From NCBI RefSeq assembly GCF_006345805.1, contig NC_043001.1, positions 123,442,001 through 123,506,000 on the forward strand: a stretch of 64,000 nt of DNA, written 5' to 3'. Below the pieces are notes generated by a model. It did no database searches and had not been told where the DNA came from. It was given only the letters and a program-made list of their open reading frames with translations. This document shows, piece after piece, positions 24,565 through 38,843 of this stretch; the stretch's first letter is position 1, and the number at the start of each line of letters is the position of its first letter. This DNA is from Octopus sinensis. Lineage: Eukaryota. A program made the position numbers and the translations under genes.

Positions 24565-25461
24565 TAGATACGTAGATAGATAGATAGATAGATAGATATA
24601 TGCATGTTACTGTGTGATTCTACATGCGAATATACATGTATATCTGTATACACAGACACATGTATATACCCAGTGTTTTAGATTTTATACTATTAAAGTG
24701 TTTCATATATTAGCTCCCGTTATGGGTTTTTCTACTTTCTTAAATAAATAGCAGTTTTATATATTATGTGATCGACCAATACATAAACACTTGTGTAATG
24801 ACTATAGTATGTATGATATATATATATATATATATGCTAAAAAATCAGACTGAGTGTTCCACGTTTATATAGGATTATGTTGATAATACGCTATGCTGTT
24901 GTACCTATGGCTAACGTCTTTATTCAGTTCGCTGATAAATCAGTGCATTCAGTGTGTTACATTCTCTCCAGTATTATCAGAAACGGAAAAGAAAACAGAA
25001 GAAAGAAACACAGACGAACAACTATAAATCTGTGTTATTAATAATGTTCAACTACATCTTCATTGTATATATCATAGGAAAAAGCGGTTTTCTTGTGGTC
25101 GATGTTAATTAACTTCCGTTCATTTAGAAAACTGACTTTTCTAATGAACGGAAATGAAAGTATGAATTAATGTGAATAAATGTATGAGTTAATATATAAA
25201 TAAATAAACAAGGTAAATGTAAAATTAAATACATGTAGGCATGTTTAATATTTTCAGCTAGCAGAAGAAAATAAGGATATGATGATATTTTCTCACCGAC
25301 CAAATGCACCAGAGATGACGTTGGAAGAAGCTTACCTGAAAAGAGATGAAATGAATAATAATATTAATGACAATACGGACATAAGTAACAAAAAATAAAA
25401 CCAACAACAACATCAAACAACAACAACAACATAACAATAAAATAATAATAATAATAATATA

Positions 25462-25503
<42 letters not shown>

Positions 25504-25554
25504 TAATATAATAATAATAATAATAATAATAATGATAATAATAATAACAACAAC

Positions 25555-25685
25555 AAGGGAATACGGAAGTTGTGATCAATGAGGAGAGTTAGACGTGATC
25601 AATAGTAATTGGCGCTCTTGAGTTTTCGGCACTAAACTACCTACATTACTCCAAAACAATTGGTACAAATGTGAAGACAGAACGC
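25555..25685 (+). pseudogene. Short remnant of the same Dong subfamily as 5102-5855, following (TAA)n
   Basis: gaatacggaagttgtgatcaatgaggagagttagacgtg...ggtacaaatgt matches 5625-5705. Confidence 0.65.
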
Positions 25686-25993
25686 TGAGCAAGGGTCTCT
25701 ACTATAGTCTCAGGCTGATAATGCCTTGTGAGTGGATTTGGTAGACGGAAACGAAGTAAGCTCGCCGAATATATATATATATATATATATAATATATATA
25801 TATAATTAGATATATATATTTCCTGAGCGCCATACTAATACAATTGTTTGTTTGTCTTCCACCTGCCTCGTCTTTTGGCTATTTTCATAAAGCTTCCCGG
25901 TTATATATATATATATATATAGATACATATAGAACAAAAACACAGACACACATACACATACATATATATATATATATAATATATTATATATAT

Positions 25994-26027
<34 letters not shown>

Positions 26028-26247
26028 GTATGTATGTGTTGTGGTGTTGTGTTTGTTCCCCACCTCCAACATGGCTTGACAACCGATGCTGGTGTGTTAC
26101 GTCACGTAACTTAGCGGTTTCGGGGAGAAAAGACCGATAGAATAAGACTAGGCTTAAGTCCTGGGTCACGCGTGCTCAACTAAAGGCGGTGCTCCAGCAC
26201 TGGCCGCAGTCTCAAATGACTGAAACAAGTAAAAGAGTAAAAGAGAA
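25681..26247 (+). mobile_element. SINE family B, 5'-truncated, interrupted by a P1 tail (25820-25905) and microsatellites
   Basis: gccttgtgagtggatttggtagacggaaac and aacttagcggtt...tgactgaaacaagtaaaagag. Confidence 0.8.
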
Positions 26248-27136
26248 TATATATATATGATTTTGATTTTGATTTTTCCAGTTTCAGCTAATGAGCTGTG
26301 GCCATGCTGGGGCACCGCCATTTTATATATTTGATGGGCTTCTTTCAGTTTCCGTCTAACAGATCAACTCACAAAGCTTTAGTTGATCTGAGACTACGGT
26401 ACAAGGCACTTGCCCATGGGTTTAATCCATGACAGCCACGACATCGTCGGCATCGGCTTCGTCATCACCATTGTCTCATCATCATCTCATCATGATTTTC
26501 ATGAACGTCGTTATTGTCTTCAGTATCATCATCATTCGTCGTCGTCGCCATTGTCATCATCACCGTCATCGTCTTCCTCCACTTCCTCAACGTCGTCATC
26601 ATCGTCATTATTATCATCATCAACAACAACAACATCATACTCCTCCCCCTCCTCATTATCATCATCCTCATCGTTTTGTCGTCGACATCCCCTTCCTCTG
26701 ACTCTTCATCACAATCATGATCATCATTATCGTCTTCAAGCGAGGAAACAGAATCTAGGGAATACAATACGACATTAAGCAATCTATGCTACTTTCGCAA
26801 CGTGTCACAAATGATATATCTGTATCTCTGGAATAAATGGAACTTACAAGAATGTATTGGGTTAAGTATGTATTTCCTAATAAATGAAATTCAGTTTCAT
26901 TTAATTAGGCTGCCCTGCACAAAGATACAATAACAAAATGGCGGCATTGATGCCAATCGATCGATAGTCTATTCACTGAACCGATTCAACTTTTATACTT
27001 ATATTCAATGACATTAAGACTGCATTGTGTTAAACATACCTATAGATATATGCCCTCATATACATTCGTAAACATTCACATATGTGTGGGCCTCTATGCC
27101 TGAGTGTGTATATATGTGTGTCTGCGTATATGTATG

Positions 27137-27183
<47 letters not shown>

Positions 27184-27720
27184 TGTATATATATATGTGT
27201 GTTACGTATGGAATATATACATACATATATATACAGAGATATATTTACGCATATCTCAGTATGTTTTATTATATACCTACATATATACGTATACATAGAT
27301 ATACACATACACACACAAATACATACATATCTATATATACGTGGATATAAATATGTGTATGTATAGTGTATATATATGTATATATTAATATATATATATA
27401 TATATATTATATTATATATATATCTATTTATACTTATACACGCACACACACTAATTTTCTGTCTAGATGATTTTACAATCTCAGTCGAGCTCTACTGTGT
27501 ATCTATGTTACTATCAATCTCTTCGTCGTCGTTTCTTCTCTCTCTCCCCGTCTATCTATTATTCTTTCTGCCTCTCTATGCATACTTATATCTAATCATA
27601 TACAGATACACATGCTCACAAACGCACACATATATCTACCTACCTGTCTCTATGCATACGCACATACATACATATAATTCATGCATGCATACATACATAC
27701 ATACACATATACATACATAT

Positions 27721-28078
27721 ACATACATTCATACATACATACCTGCATGCATACATACAAAAATACCTTGTTGTTGATATTGAAATTCCAATGAAGGAAC
27801 CTTCGATCTAATTTAGAAACCGGTTCTTTCTCCATTGGCAAGAAATCTTGAAATAAACTGAATAATGACATAGATACATATACTCCATATATATATTACA
27901 TATAATAGCAGTAAGACAATCACTAAGGTGCCACGCAGTGTGGACTTACACGGAACCATGTGGTTGTTAAGCAGTCACTTACCACACAGCCACTCCTCCG
28001 CCTATATGCATATATATACATACATAAAGATATGTATATATATACAATATATATATATTATACTATATATATATTATA

Positions 28079-28123
<45 letters not shown>

Positions 28124-28440
28124 CTATTATACACATATATACATATACATACATACATTCATACATACATTCCTGCATGCATACATACAAAAATACCTTG
28201 TTGTTGATATTGAAATTCTAATGAAGGAACCTTCGATCTAGGTTACAAACCGGTTCTTTCTCCATTGGCAAGAAATCTTGAAATAACTGAATAATGACAT
28301 AGATACATATACTTCCATATATATATTACATATATAGCAGAAGACAACTCACTAAGGTGCCACGCAGTGGGACTTAACCCGTACCATGTGGTTGGTAAGC
28401 TAGTCACTTAAACACACAGCCACTCCTCCGCCATATGCAT
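27721..28440. repeat. Tandem duplication, ~430-bp period
   Basis: 27721-28010 is about 90% identical to 28151-28440. Each unit contains a complex segment and a SINE B head fragment. Confidence 0.9.
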
Positions 28441-28467
28441 AATATACATACATAATATATGTATATC

Positions 28468-28499
<32 letters not shown>

Positions 28500-29640
28500 T
28501 ATATATACATATACATACATACGTACATACATACATACCTTACTGTCTCTCCCTCTCTCTCTGTCTAATTCTTTCTTTTCTCTACAACCATTCCATTTTT
28601 TTCTCTCCCTTTCTCTTACTCCTCCTCCTCCCTCCCGTCGCGGTCACGTGATGAGATGGCTACCACTGTCTTTCTTCTCCTGGCTTCCTTCAAGTAGAGA
28701 CGGTAAAATCTGTTGCTCCCTGCCGTTCTCAAAATAGCGTTCGTAAAATTTTTTTTATGTCGTTTGGCTTAACAGCCCTTCTTGTTTGTGTTACTGTTAT
28801 TCTCCGTGTCCTGTCTTTTGGTGTTTATATTTTGTACTGTCGTTACTGGCCTGTTTTTGTTACAATTTTTACCCCTCCGCCAAAAAATCTCAAATTTTAT
28901 TTAATTTGATTTTCGCGGGAAGGAAAGTTTTATTGAAGTCATGTATCGCCTTGACCTTCGAAATGTGGAGTAGATGAAACTAAGGCGACTGAAGAAGGGG
29001 AATTTTCCTTAGTTTGTATGTCCTGTACCCATTTATGCATGTATATATACATGTAGAGGTAGGTACGTACATATATGTATGTATATATGCATATGTTTTA
29101 CTTATTAATTTATTTTATATATATATATATATGTATATAAATACTTAGACATGTAGATCTGCTTGTACCTCCTTGCTCCTCTTGATTGATGAAAAATCTA
29201 TCTAACAAACGTATACCTATCGAAATATTACCGAGTGAAACCATCTGCAAAACAGAGTAGTTAGATTAGGAGATATAAATGTAAATTATAAAATCTCTTC
29301 TACATGATTTGAAATACATCATTCCTCTTTGTTTAGCTTCTGTTTCTTTTCTTGTATGTCTTATTCGCACACTCTATGCATTTTAAACTTATGTATTTCT
29401 TGATTTATATATATAGATACATATATACATACCTACCTGCATAGATTCATGCATACATACATGCATACATACAAACATACTTACATACATACACACAATT
29501 TCCTATTATACATTTGCACACAATAAATGGCAGCTGTATTGTATATAGGACTAGAGCTATATAAGAATCTTTACAATATAACATGTGTATTCTTAACTGA
29601 AATTCAATAGATATATATGTATGTCCCTGCAGAGATATAT

Positions 29641-29710
<70 letters not shown>

Positions 29711-29785
29711 TATACATATATATATATACACATATATATATATATATACATATATATATAATATATATATATACACACATATATA

Positions 29786-29816
<31 letters not shown>

Positions 29817-30728
29817 CATATATGTCTGTGTGTGTGAGTAAGCATAAATGGAGTAACATTTTATCATATTTTATCCTATTTTGAACGAATAGGTGTGTAT
29901 ATATATATATATATATATGCATACACACAAATGTGAGTGGAGGTTTTTGTATCTTGCTATGTGTTTGTATATACATAGATGCATATACATACGTGTGTAT
30001 GCTCGTGAGCCTCCGCGCGCGCGCGTAGGTGAGTGTATATGTTAGTGCATTCAGGATATGATTGTAGTAGATGTAAACAAGGCCATGTTTGCAATGTATG
30101 AAAATATATCCTCAAGAGTATATGTTTGCATGTATGTGCAATGTACGCATGTATATATGACGTATGCAAACACACACACATACACAAACACGTACACATA
30201 CTCACACACTTACATACATACACACTTATTTACGTATTTGTACATATTTATATGTATGTATATAAACTTGATATGAACAAAATGTATGTGGAAATAATGC
30301 CTAGGATATTGACAGGGAGCGAAAAGAAATATTGAAAGAAGACTGAAGAAATATGAGAGATGAAACTAAAAACATACATAGAGAATACGGGATCTTTGAA
30401 AGGTAGATGGATGTAAAGAAGTTGATTGGGTTGGAGAATAATAGAATGAAAGAATGGAGGAATGGGAATATGGGAGAATGGGATCATGAGGGAAATGTGG
30501 AATGGAAAGATGCGCCAATAAGGGCGGGTCGGGGAAAATAGGGGATAGAGAGCATAAAAGAGTGGATAGGATGAAAAGAAAGGGTAAATTTGAACTGAAT
30601 AATATAGAAAATATAATCAGAACATGACAATATATAAAGGTGTATGTAAGCATTAATATATATAAATTTATATATATATATGTGTGTGTGTGTGTTTATA
30701 TACATACGCATACACACACACACATATA

Positions 30729-31485
30729 CAGGGTATATCATCGCCATTATATATTTTTAATTTCGCGTATATGCATTGTTTATTTTTGATTCTGTATAGT
30801 AGGGTCAGTTGGACACCGTCCGTGAGAAAAGCAGCATCATGACGCAATACGTTCTGCAGGAAATTTTGAACCGGGATGCTCTACTGCTTGGCATTCACGC
30901 CGGAAGCTGCAATGCAAACTTTTCAGCGTGTTTGGGTGTCAATCTGAGGACAGTGCAATCCGAGAACATGTATTGTGAGTGATAAAATCAAACATCCAGT
31001 CAACATCGTGGTGTTTGGAGTGATCCCTAGTGATGGCGACGTTATGCCTCCATTCATCTTCCCACATGGCTTCAGACTGAACACGAAGGCCTACATCAAG
31101 TGCCTGTAGGCGGTAGAGCTGCTTGAATGCCCTATGCCTCACAGTAGGACTTTGCAACATGCCACACAAGCAGGAGAACCCAGTCATGGTTGTCAGACAA
31201 TTTTTTCGACCACATCACGCCTAATATCTGGCCACTTAACACTCAAGACTGCAACCCCCTTGATGATTATGTGTGTGGTGCGCAGTTGAGCGAGTGACCA
31301 AAAAAAAAAAAACTCCTGGTAACACTGAAGGTAAGGATTGTAGCAACATTCACCAACTTAAACAAGGAGACGGTCCAGAAGAGTTGCAAGAGATTCAGAA
31401 GTTGTCTGGAGGCCGCGCTTGAAGCCAATGGCGATTTTATTAAATAAATTTACTCTTTCGTATTTCAAGATATTTTTATGTAATG
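30729..31485 (+). mobile_element. Internally deleted maT/DD37D-like Tc1/mariner element
   Basis: TA-cagggt start. KHPVNIVVFGVIPSDGDVMPPFIFPHGFRLNTKAYIKCL, Q*DFATCHTSRRTQSWLSDNF...WPLNTQDCNPLD and FRSCLEAALEANGDFIK*. Right TIR not seen. Confidence 0.8.
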
Positions 31486-31489
31486 CTTT

Positions 31490-31599
31490 GTGAAGACAGA
31501 ACGCTGAGCAAGTGTCTTCTACTATAGTCTCAGGCTGACCAATGCCTTGTGAGTGGATTTGGTAGACGGAAACTGAAGTAAGCTCGCCGAATATATATA

Positions 31600-31635
<36 letters not shown>

Positions 31636-31885
31636 TGTATGTATGTATGTATGTATGTGTGTGTATATGTGCGTGTGTCTGTGTTTGTTACCCCCCTCCA
31701 ATATGGCTTGACAACCGATCCTGGTGTGTTTACGTCCCCGTAACTTAGCGGTTCGGCAAAAGAGATCGATACAATAAGTACTGGGCTTACAAAGAATAAG
31801 TCCCGGGGTCGATTTGCTCGACTAAAGGTGGTGCTCCAGCATGGCCGCAGTCAAATGACTGAAACAAGTAAAAGAGTAAAAGAGT
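31490..31885 (+). mobile_element. SINE family B, 5'-truncated
   Basis: Same body as 25681-26247, with an internal (TATG)n run. Confidence 0.85.
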
Positions 31886-32971
31886 ATATATACATACATA
31901 TACATACATATACTATTAAGTTGGACATGGGCTGGACCAATACTGGCCGAAACTTATCTAAGTATCTAAGCATCTAAGTACCTTGTATGCGCAGTTAGAT
32001 GTACGGCTACTTCCGTATGAAGTAGAATACTAGATTATCGTTATTCAGTACAGCGGTTAGTTGACCAACGTACTTAGCAATTTTTCTAGCTATGACATGT
32101 GGAACATACGTAGAAAAGATTACGATAAACTCGATTATAAATATTTACTTCCTACGTACGTTTCACTTTTGCAGTTATTTGGAACTCAATATTGGATGTT
32201 CTCAGTGCATCTGCATGCCTAACTGCAATTGATTATCGAAGAAACGTTTTATTGCATTCTGTTGCAGAGATCAAATATGCTGAATTCTGCTCAACTGCAA
32301 TGGCAATGTACTACAAATAAAAATGGTCTCTAAATGAAGCGAGAAACCCAACAATTTTGAAGTGGTGGGTCTATAACATCGATTGCCGGACTTGAGTTGG
32401 ACATCCCTTTGTCGAAAAAAAAAATGACAAGAAAAGCAAAGCTCAACGCGTAAGGATTTGTATAATGGTGTTGATATTGACAATGATAATCTCGACGTGT
32501 TGATGGCAATGAGGATGAAGATGATGATGATGATGAGGATGATGATGATGATGGTCATGATGATAATTCTGATGATGGGAGGAGTAGTGGTAGCAGGGGT
32601 GATGATAGTATTGGTGTTGAAGATGTGGTGGGAGAGGAAGAAGGGAATGGAAGAATGATGGCGGCGGCAGTGAATACGAGGATAATGGTGGTGATGATAA
32701 TGATGAGATGCTGCTGCTGCTGAAGATGAAGATGATGATGATGATGATGGGACTCCATGGGACTCCAAACTAAAAAAAATAATGCGGCGCTGGTGGAGGA
32801 TTAATAATAGTGGGAAAACAAGGATAGAACAGAAAAAATGACAAAAACAAGACTGGAAGAGAAAAACAATACCGGACATAATGCTACCAAAACGAATACA
32901 GCAAACACTAAACAATAAAATTAACAGCGATAACAAAATCAAGGGCAATCAACCACACAATATTCTGGAAG

Positions 32972-33038
<67 letters not shown>

Positions 33039-33121
33039 ACCATTACATCTAGCACCAACACTATTACTAATTTTATCCATTTTCATCCTCCTCCTCCCCC
33101 AACTCTTCCACCTTCTTAAAC

Positions 33122-33162
<41 letters not shown>

Positions 33163-34886
33163 CTGCTGCTGCTGCTACTGCTGCTGCTGCTGCTGCTGCT
33201 GCTACCACTACTATGTTCGACTTGTATTTCTGTTTTGTGAATTCTGTTATTCAGTATTTGTTTTATACATTCTATGTTTATTTTTCAAACTTTTTAAAGA
33301 AAAGAAGGCGAGATTTTCTTCCTTTCTTGGAGCATTCAGTCTCGTCTGAATAGCGAGCAACTCTTACTTCTTAATAATCTCATTGGTATGGTTGAAGGAG
33401 GGGGAATTTTTTTTTTTTCAAATAAGAAAAAAAAAAATTGTGGCGGAAGAAATAAAAATAAATTACAAACAAAAAATTTCATTCTTTATTTATTTCTAAA
33501 ATAAAAAAAAATGGCGATGAAGAAAAAAAAACAATATGGCTACTGACTGACGGTAAATGCGCTCAGTGTTGCGTCAAATAGGAATCTACAGAAGTTTAAT
33601 CACATTTTTCCTCGAGAGAATTTTTATAAGAACATAGTACTGTGCTCTACATATATTTTGTACTATTTATGAATGAGTGAGCGTTTTGTTTTTCATTTGA
33701 TTTTAATTCTACTTTTTTCTTTTCATTCTTTATTTTTTTAATATTATTATTTTGTGGTTTTCCGCTTTCTATCCTTCGTTCCTCCTTGCCTTCATTCTTT
33801 CTTTGTTTCTTCTTTCTTTCTATTTCAACGAAAATATCCTTGCTTTTGTCTTTCTGCCTTCTGTCCTTCTTCCCTTCGTTCCTTCGTTCTTTCTTCTTTT
33901 CCCCTTTCTTTACACATTTCTTTGTTTCTTCTTTCATTCTTTCTTTAATACCTTCTTTAGTTTTCTTCCTTTCATTCATTCTTTATCTTTTATTTTATTA
34001 ATTTTTTTCTTACCTATTCCTAGTTTGACTTAATCTTTCTTTCTTGTATTCTTATAAAATGTCTATTTTATTCTTTTCCTCCTTTGTTCCTGTCTCTTCA
34101 AGAAACAAACCAAGTACAGTCGCTAGCGTGACGGACTGCTATCTGATACCAATAACGTGATGACTGCTTCCACGATGAAGACATATATTATCATATTTTT
34201 TAACGATAGGCAAAAACCAGAAGATGATACGACTTCAAACTATAAGTAGAGGGGAAACACTACAATACTTAGAAGTAGTTGGCTAAACTGTAGCCGTGAG
34301 ATCACTGACTATACTTATATATATAAAGTAGAAGCTAAAATACCTAATTGTAGTAAGCCAAGGAAATTTAATTATAGTCCATTGTGAAGAGAAAAAATAA
34401 CTATCTTAAAGAAAAATTTTAGCCAAGAAATCTGAAGGATAGGACACTGGAATTTAAATCAATTAACAGAATGCTGTGGGAAGTAATTATAAGCTTTGCC
34501 AAGTTCAGAGATAAATTCAAATATGTTTTGGTCTTATTAAACTTAAACAGCGAAGCATTTAGTTTGAAGAAGATGATTTGTTAGTGATTGGCAGGAAAAG
34601 AAGATAAGGAGTTCGAATGACAATCAGGTCTAAGATTGCCGTGAAATATTTAATGCGGATTTTGCACATCAGAGTCTAAGAACTGAAACATAATAACAAC
34701 AAAAGAAAATGGTGTGTTTGGCACGTGTGTAGGTCAAGATCTTCATGGTGTAAAATTTAAGAATTTAAGTAGAAGAATGATCATTGTAGTGAATTTGTAT
34801 TAATAATGTCTTTCTAAATCTGGTTTTACGGAGATGTACTTGCATAGCAAGTGACCTGATCTGAGATCGTGTGCTGGAACGAAAAC

Positions 34887-35061
34887 AATTGCAGCATGGA
34901 AGATGTTTATAAGCCATTCAAGAAACACACAAAAACTGTTAGATTCACTTCAATATTTAAATTTAAGCGACGAAAATATTTTGGCAAATTAAATTTAAAT
35001 GTTGAAGTGAATCTAACGTGTGTTTCTTAAATGGCTTAAAAGCACCTTCCTCGCTGCAATT
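34887..35061. repeat. 175-bp fold-back (MITE-like) element
   Basis: aattgcagc...gttagattcacttcaa.atttaaatttaa / ttaaatttaaatgttgaagtgaatctaac...gctgcaatt with a ~22-nt spacer. Confidence 0.75.
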
Positions 35062-35429
35062 ATTAAATCTGGTTTCTTTTTAGTGTAACATGTTACTAAA
35101 AATTTATCTATATCCGCACAACCGAGTTGTGCATTTAGGATATCCAATGATAATTGAACAGTAGCAGTGCGTAGGTCTCTAATTTAAGGTTGAACGAAAC
35201 CCAAATATGAGCATCTATAGACCTGCCCAAATCGGGTTGAATGAAATTTAACTTGAAGTATGTATAGGGCAGCGTAAACAAGAGCTGAGTCGGTAGTGCG
35301 TCAGAGGAAATTCATAGTCCAAATTTCGGCAAGGTAGGCCAGCTTTGCTTTTCATTCCAGTGAGAGTGATAGAATTAAGTACCAGTCAACTCAAACCACC
35401 CACACCTAAACAAAGATCAAAGGATCGAA

Positions 35430-35650
35430 GACTCATTAGACCGGTTTCCAGGATTCTTTGGCGTGTATAATCCCTCCTAAAAGGGACGTCAGGCCGTCGC
35501 AGGATTACTCATTTTTACCAGCTGGGTGGACCAGACAACGTGAAAGGAAGAGTTTAGTCAAGAACACAAAGCCTCGCCCGGTTCACGATTTGAAACTACA
35601 ATCTTAAGGTCATGAGTGTAACACCCTAACCACTAAGCAACGTGCCTCTG
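35430..35650 (-). mobile_element. SINE family C, decayed
   Basis: actcatttttaccagctgggtggacc.g.caacgtgaaa...caagaacac...cacccctaaccactaag-like head on the minus strand. Confidence 0.65.
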
Positions 35651-36442
35651 CCAGTCAAATACTAGGGCTAATGTAATCGATTAGCCCCTTTGGCTCGAAC
35701 TTCTTGGCTTTGTACCAACATTTCAAACAATTCTTCTGCTACATTGTTTTTATTCTCTCCTCCTCCTGCTGCTTGATGTTGTCGTTGTTGTTGTTCTTTT
35801 TTTTCTTCTTCTTCCTTTTATTACTAGCAGCAGCAGCAGTAATGCTAGTAGTAGTAGTAAAAGGAAGAGAAGGAGGAGGATGGGGAGGAGTAGGGCGGCT
35901 AGCTGCTCGTATCGTCATGACGCCAGGCAAAATGCTTAATCTCATTTCGTCTGTCATCATGTTCCGAGTTCAACTTCCGCCAAGGTTGACATTGCCTTCC
36001 ATCCATTCGGTACTTAGGTCGATGTAATCGACGTAACCCCAACCGCGTAAACTGCTGGCCTTGTGCCAAAATTTGAAATTTTTATCATCAGTAGTAGTAC
36101 GAATATTTGCTTTTCTAACACTAATTTTCATCATTCGTCTTCATTAATACGAAGGAACTGTATGTCCCTTTATTTTAGAGCAATAAGAAAAATATCTATC
36201 CTTCTCTAACACTTCTCAACATAATTTCCCCTTATCTGCTTGACCTTCAATTTTCTCCACGCAGTGGATGAAATGAGTGAATGCGCATATATCAAACAAC
36301 ATTAATGGGAGCAAAATCAAGGATTAAACATCGAAGTATAAAAGATATCAAAACTAAGATAAGAAATTTGGGCTGCATTACGTGAATACACACGCGCGCA
36401 CATGCACAAATATAGACACAAGCACAAACACATGAATACATA

Positions 36443-36488
<46 letters not shown>

Positions 36489-36491
<3 letters not shown>

Positions 36492-36633
36492 TTCTTACTA
36501 CCCACAAAGGGCTAAACATAGAAGGAAAAACAAGGACAGACAAAGGGATTAAGTCGATTACATCGACCCCAGTGCGAACTGGTACTTTATTTATAGACCC
36601 CAAAAGGATGAAAGGCAAGTCGACCTCGGCGGA
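36489..36633 (-). mobile_element. SINE family A 3' part
   Basis: acccacaaagggctaaac...aagtcgattacatcgaccccagtgcg...gtcgacctcggcgga. Confidence 0.8.
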
Positions 36634-36726
36634 TAATATATATATACACGTTACTAATGTATGTCAATATATTTACATACTTTTACATGTTTATATGAAT
36701 ATATATCTATATAAACATATATATAC

Positions 36727-36759
<33 letters not shown>

Positions 36760-36798
36760 GCTATATATATGCATATATGCATATACATATACATACAC

Positions 36799-36856
<58 letters not shown>

Positions 36857-37545
36857 ATTCACATGTGTGTATGTGTAAATTCTTGCAGACAGATAGACAT
36901 ATGTACACAACCGAATACTACCGAATACATAGTCTGCATTGTGCTCCTATAACAGATAGTCTTCTACATAACATGACTAACATACAGAAAACAGAGGTCA
37001 AACTACTGGACGATTTGCATGCAAATGACAAAATAAAATGTTGCATTCGGACATTAAGTATGTCATGTTATCTCATAAATTTGGGCTGTGAAGCGAACTG
37101 TTCACACCAACACACATTAACGCGCACACACACGCATATGCACACAGAGGCACACACCCACACACATAGACTCATACACACACGGACACACACACACACA
37201 CACTTAGTTAAGTTCATGTATTAGAGAAGAAAATATAAAGAGAAATACATGACATTCTTAAAAGTACTTAAAGTTGAGTTTGAAATACATATAAATGTAT
37301 ATATATACAAACACAGGCACACACGCTGACATACACACACACACACACACACACACTTGTGTCGGAAACACAGGCACATTCACAGTAAATACAAAACGCG
37401 AAGACACCTTGTTCACCGAGTTAGTCACTTGCATATGTTACAGAAGAAAAATACATAAGATGATATAGAATGGATACCGAGATGTTCTTGAGAATGGATA
37501 CCGACATGTTACTTCTGAATATAAATTTTATCTTATTCATTTATT

Positions 37546-37592
<47 letters not shown>

Positions 37593-37602
37593 TTATATAT
37601 AT

Positions 37603-37645
<43 letters not shown>

Positions 37646-37679
37646 TTATATATATACATACACACATATATATCTATCT

Positions 37680-38095
37680 TATTTCTTTACTGCCCACAAG
37701 GGGCTAGACACAGAGGGGACAAATAAGGACAGACAAACGTATTAAGTCGATTATATCGACCCCAGTGCCTAATTGGTACTTAATTTATCGACCCCGAAAG
37801 GATGAAAGGCAAAGTCGAACTAAGCGGAATTTGAACTCAGAACGTAACGGCAGACGAAATACCTATTTCTTTATTACCCACAAGGGGCTAAACACAGAGG
37901 GGACAAACAAGGACAGACATAGGTATTAAGTCGATTACATCGACCCCAGTGCGTAACTGGTACTTAATTTATCGACCCCGAAAGGATGAAAGGCAAAGTC
38001 GACCTCGGCGGAATTTGAACTCACAACGTAACGCAGACGAAATACCGCTAAGCATTTCGGCCGGCGTGCTAACGTTTCTGCCAGCTCACCGTCTT
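37680..38095 (-). mobile_element. SINE family A tandem dimer
   Basis: Two units joined at gacgaaatacc|tatttcttt (~37863). Only the second has the complete tRNA head. Confidence 0.9.
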
Positions 38096-38098
38096 CAA

Positions 38099-38163
<65 letters not shown>

Positions 38164-38560
38164 GCTAGCTAGCTAGCTACTTCTAGTATCAGTAATAGCT
38201 GAAGCAGCATCAGCAGTAATAGTAGTAGCAGCTATTGTGTGGTAGTTGTAGTTGTGGTGATAGCAGTTGTAGTATTAGTAGTAATTGCTCTTTTTCTACC
38301 TTATCCGTTGTGATCAAGTGCAAAAAAAAAAGAAAAGAAATGAAACCGAAAAAAAAAAGACAATGGCGTCCATTTTGAAAACAAGACCGTATGTTTATAA
38401 AGTGAAAAAATACTGAGTTTGCAAGTCGTTCAAGACTTCCTCAGGGGACACAGGTGACGTCAGTTGTAAATAAAAATTGAATAACTGACAAGTTGGTTCA
38501 CTGCGACTAGACTTGGTGCTTGTCTTTCATTCTACATCACACATCTCTTTGGAATTGCAA

Positions 38561-38616
<56 letters not shown>

Positions 38617-38623
38617 TAATGAA

Positions 38624-38661
<38 letters not shown>

Positions 38662-38666
38662 TAATA

Positions 38667-38697
<31 letters not shown>

Positions 38698-38699
38698 TG

Positions 38700-38733
<34 letters not shown>

Positions 38734-38744
38734 TAATAATAATG

Positions 38745-38804
<60 letters not shown>

Positions 38805-38843
38805 CACGAGCAAAACAATAATAATAAAATAAATAATAATAAT

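Noticed and set aside
32271-33240. 225-aa and 119-aa ORFs
   Set aside because: They are dominated by (GAT)n, (CTA)n and (CTG)n runs, and the unique parts show no recognisable domain.
38405-38452. Minus-strand CTGAGGA-agtc-ttgaac-gact-TGCAAAC-TCA-GTA
   Set aside because: GAAA is disrupted and there is no stem I pairing; likely chance.
38455-38462. TGACGTCA (CRE-like site)
   Set aside because: An isolated 8-mer with no identifiable promoter or gene.
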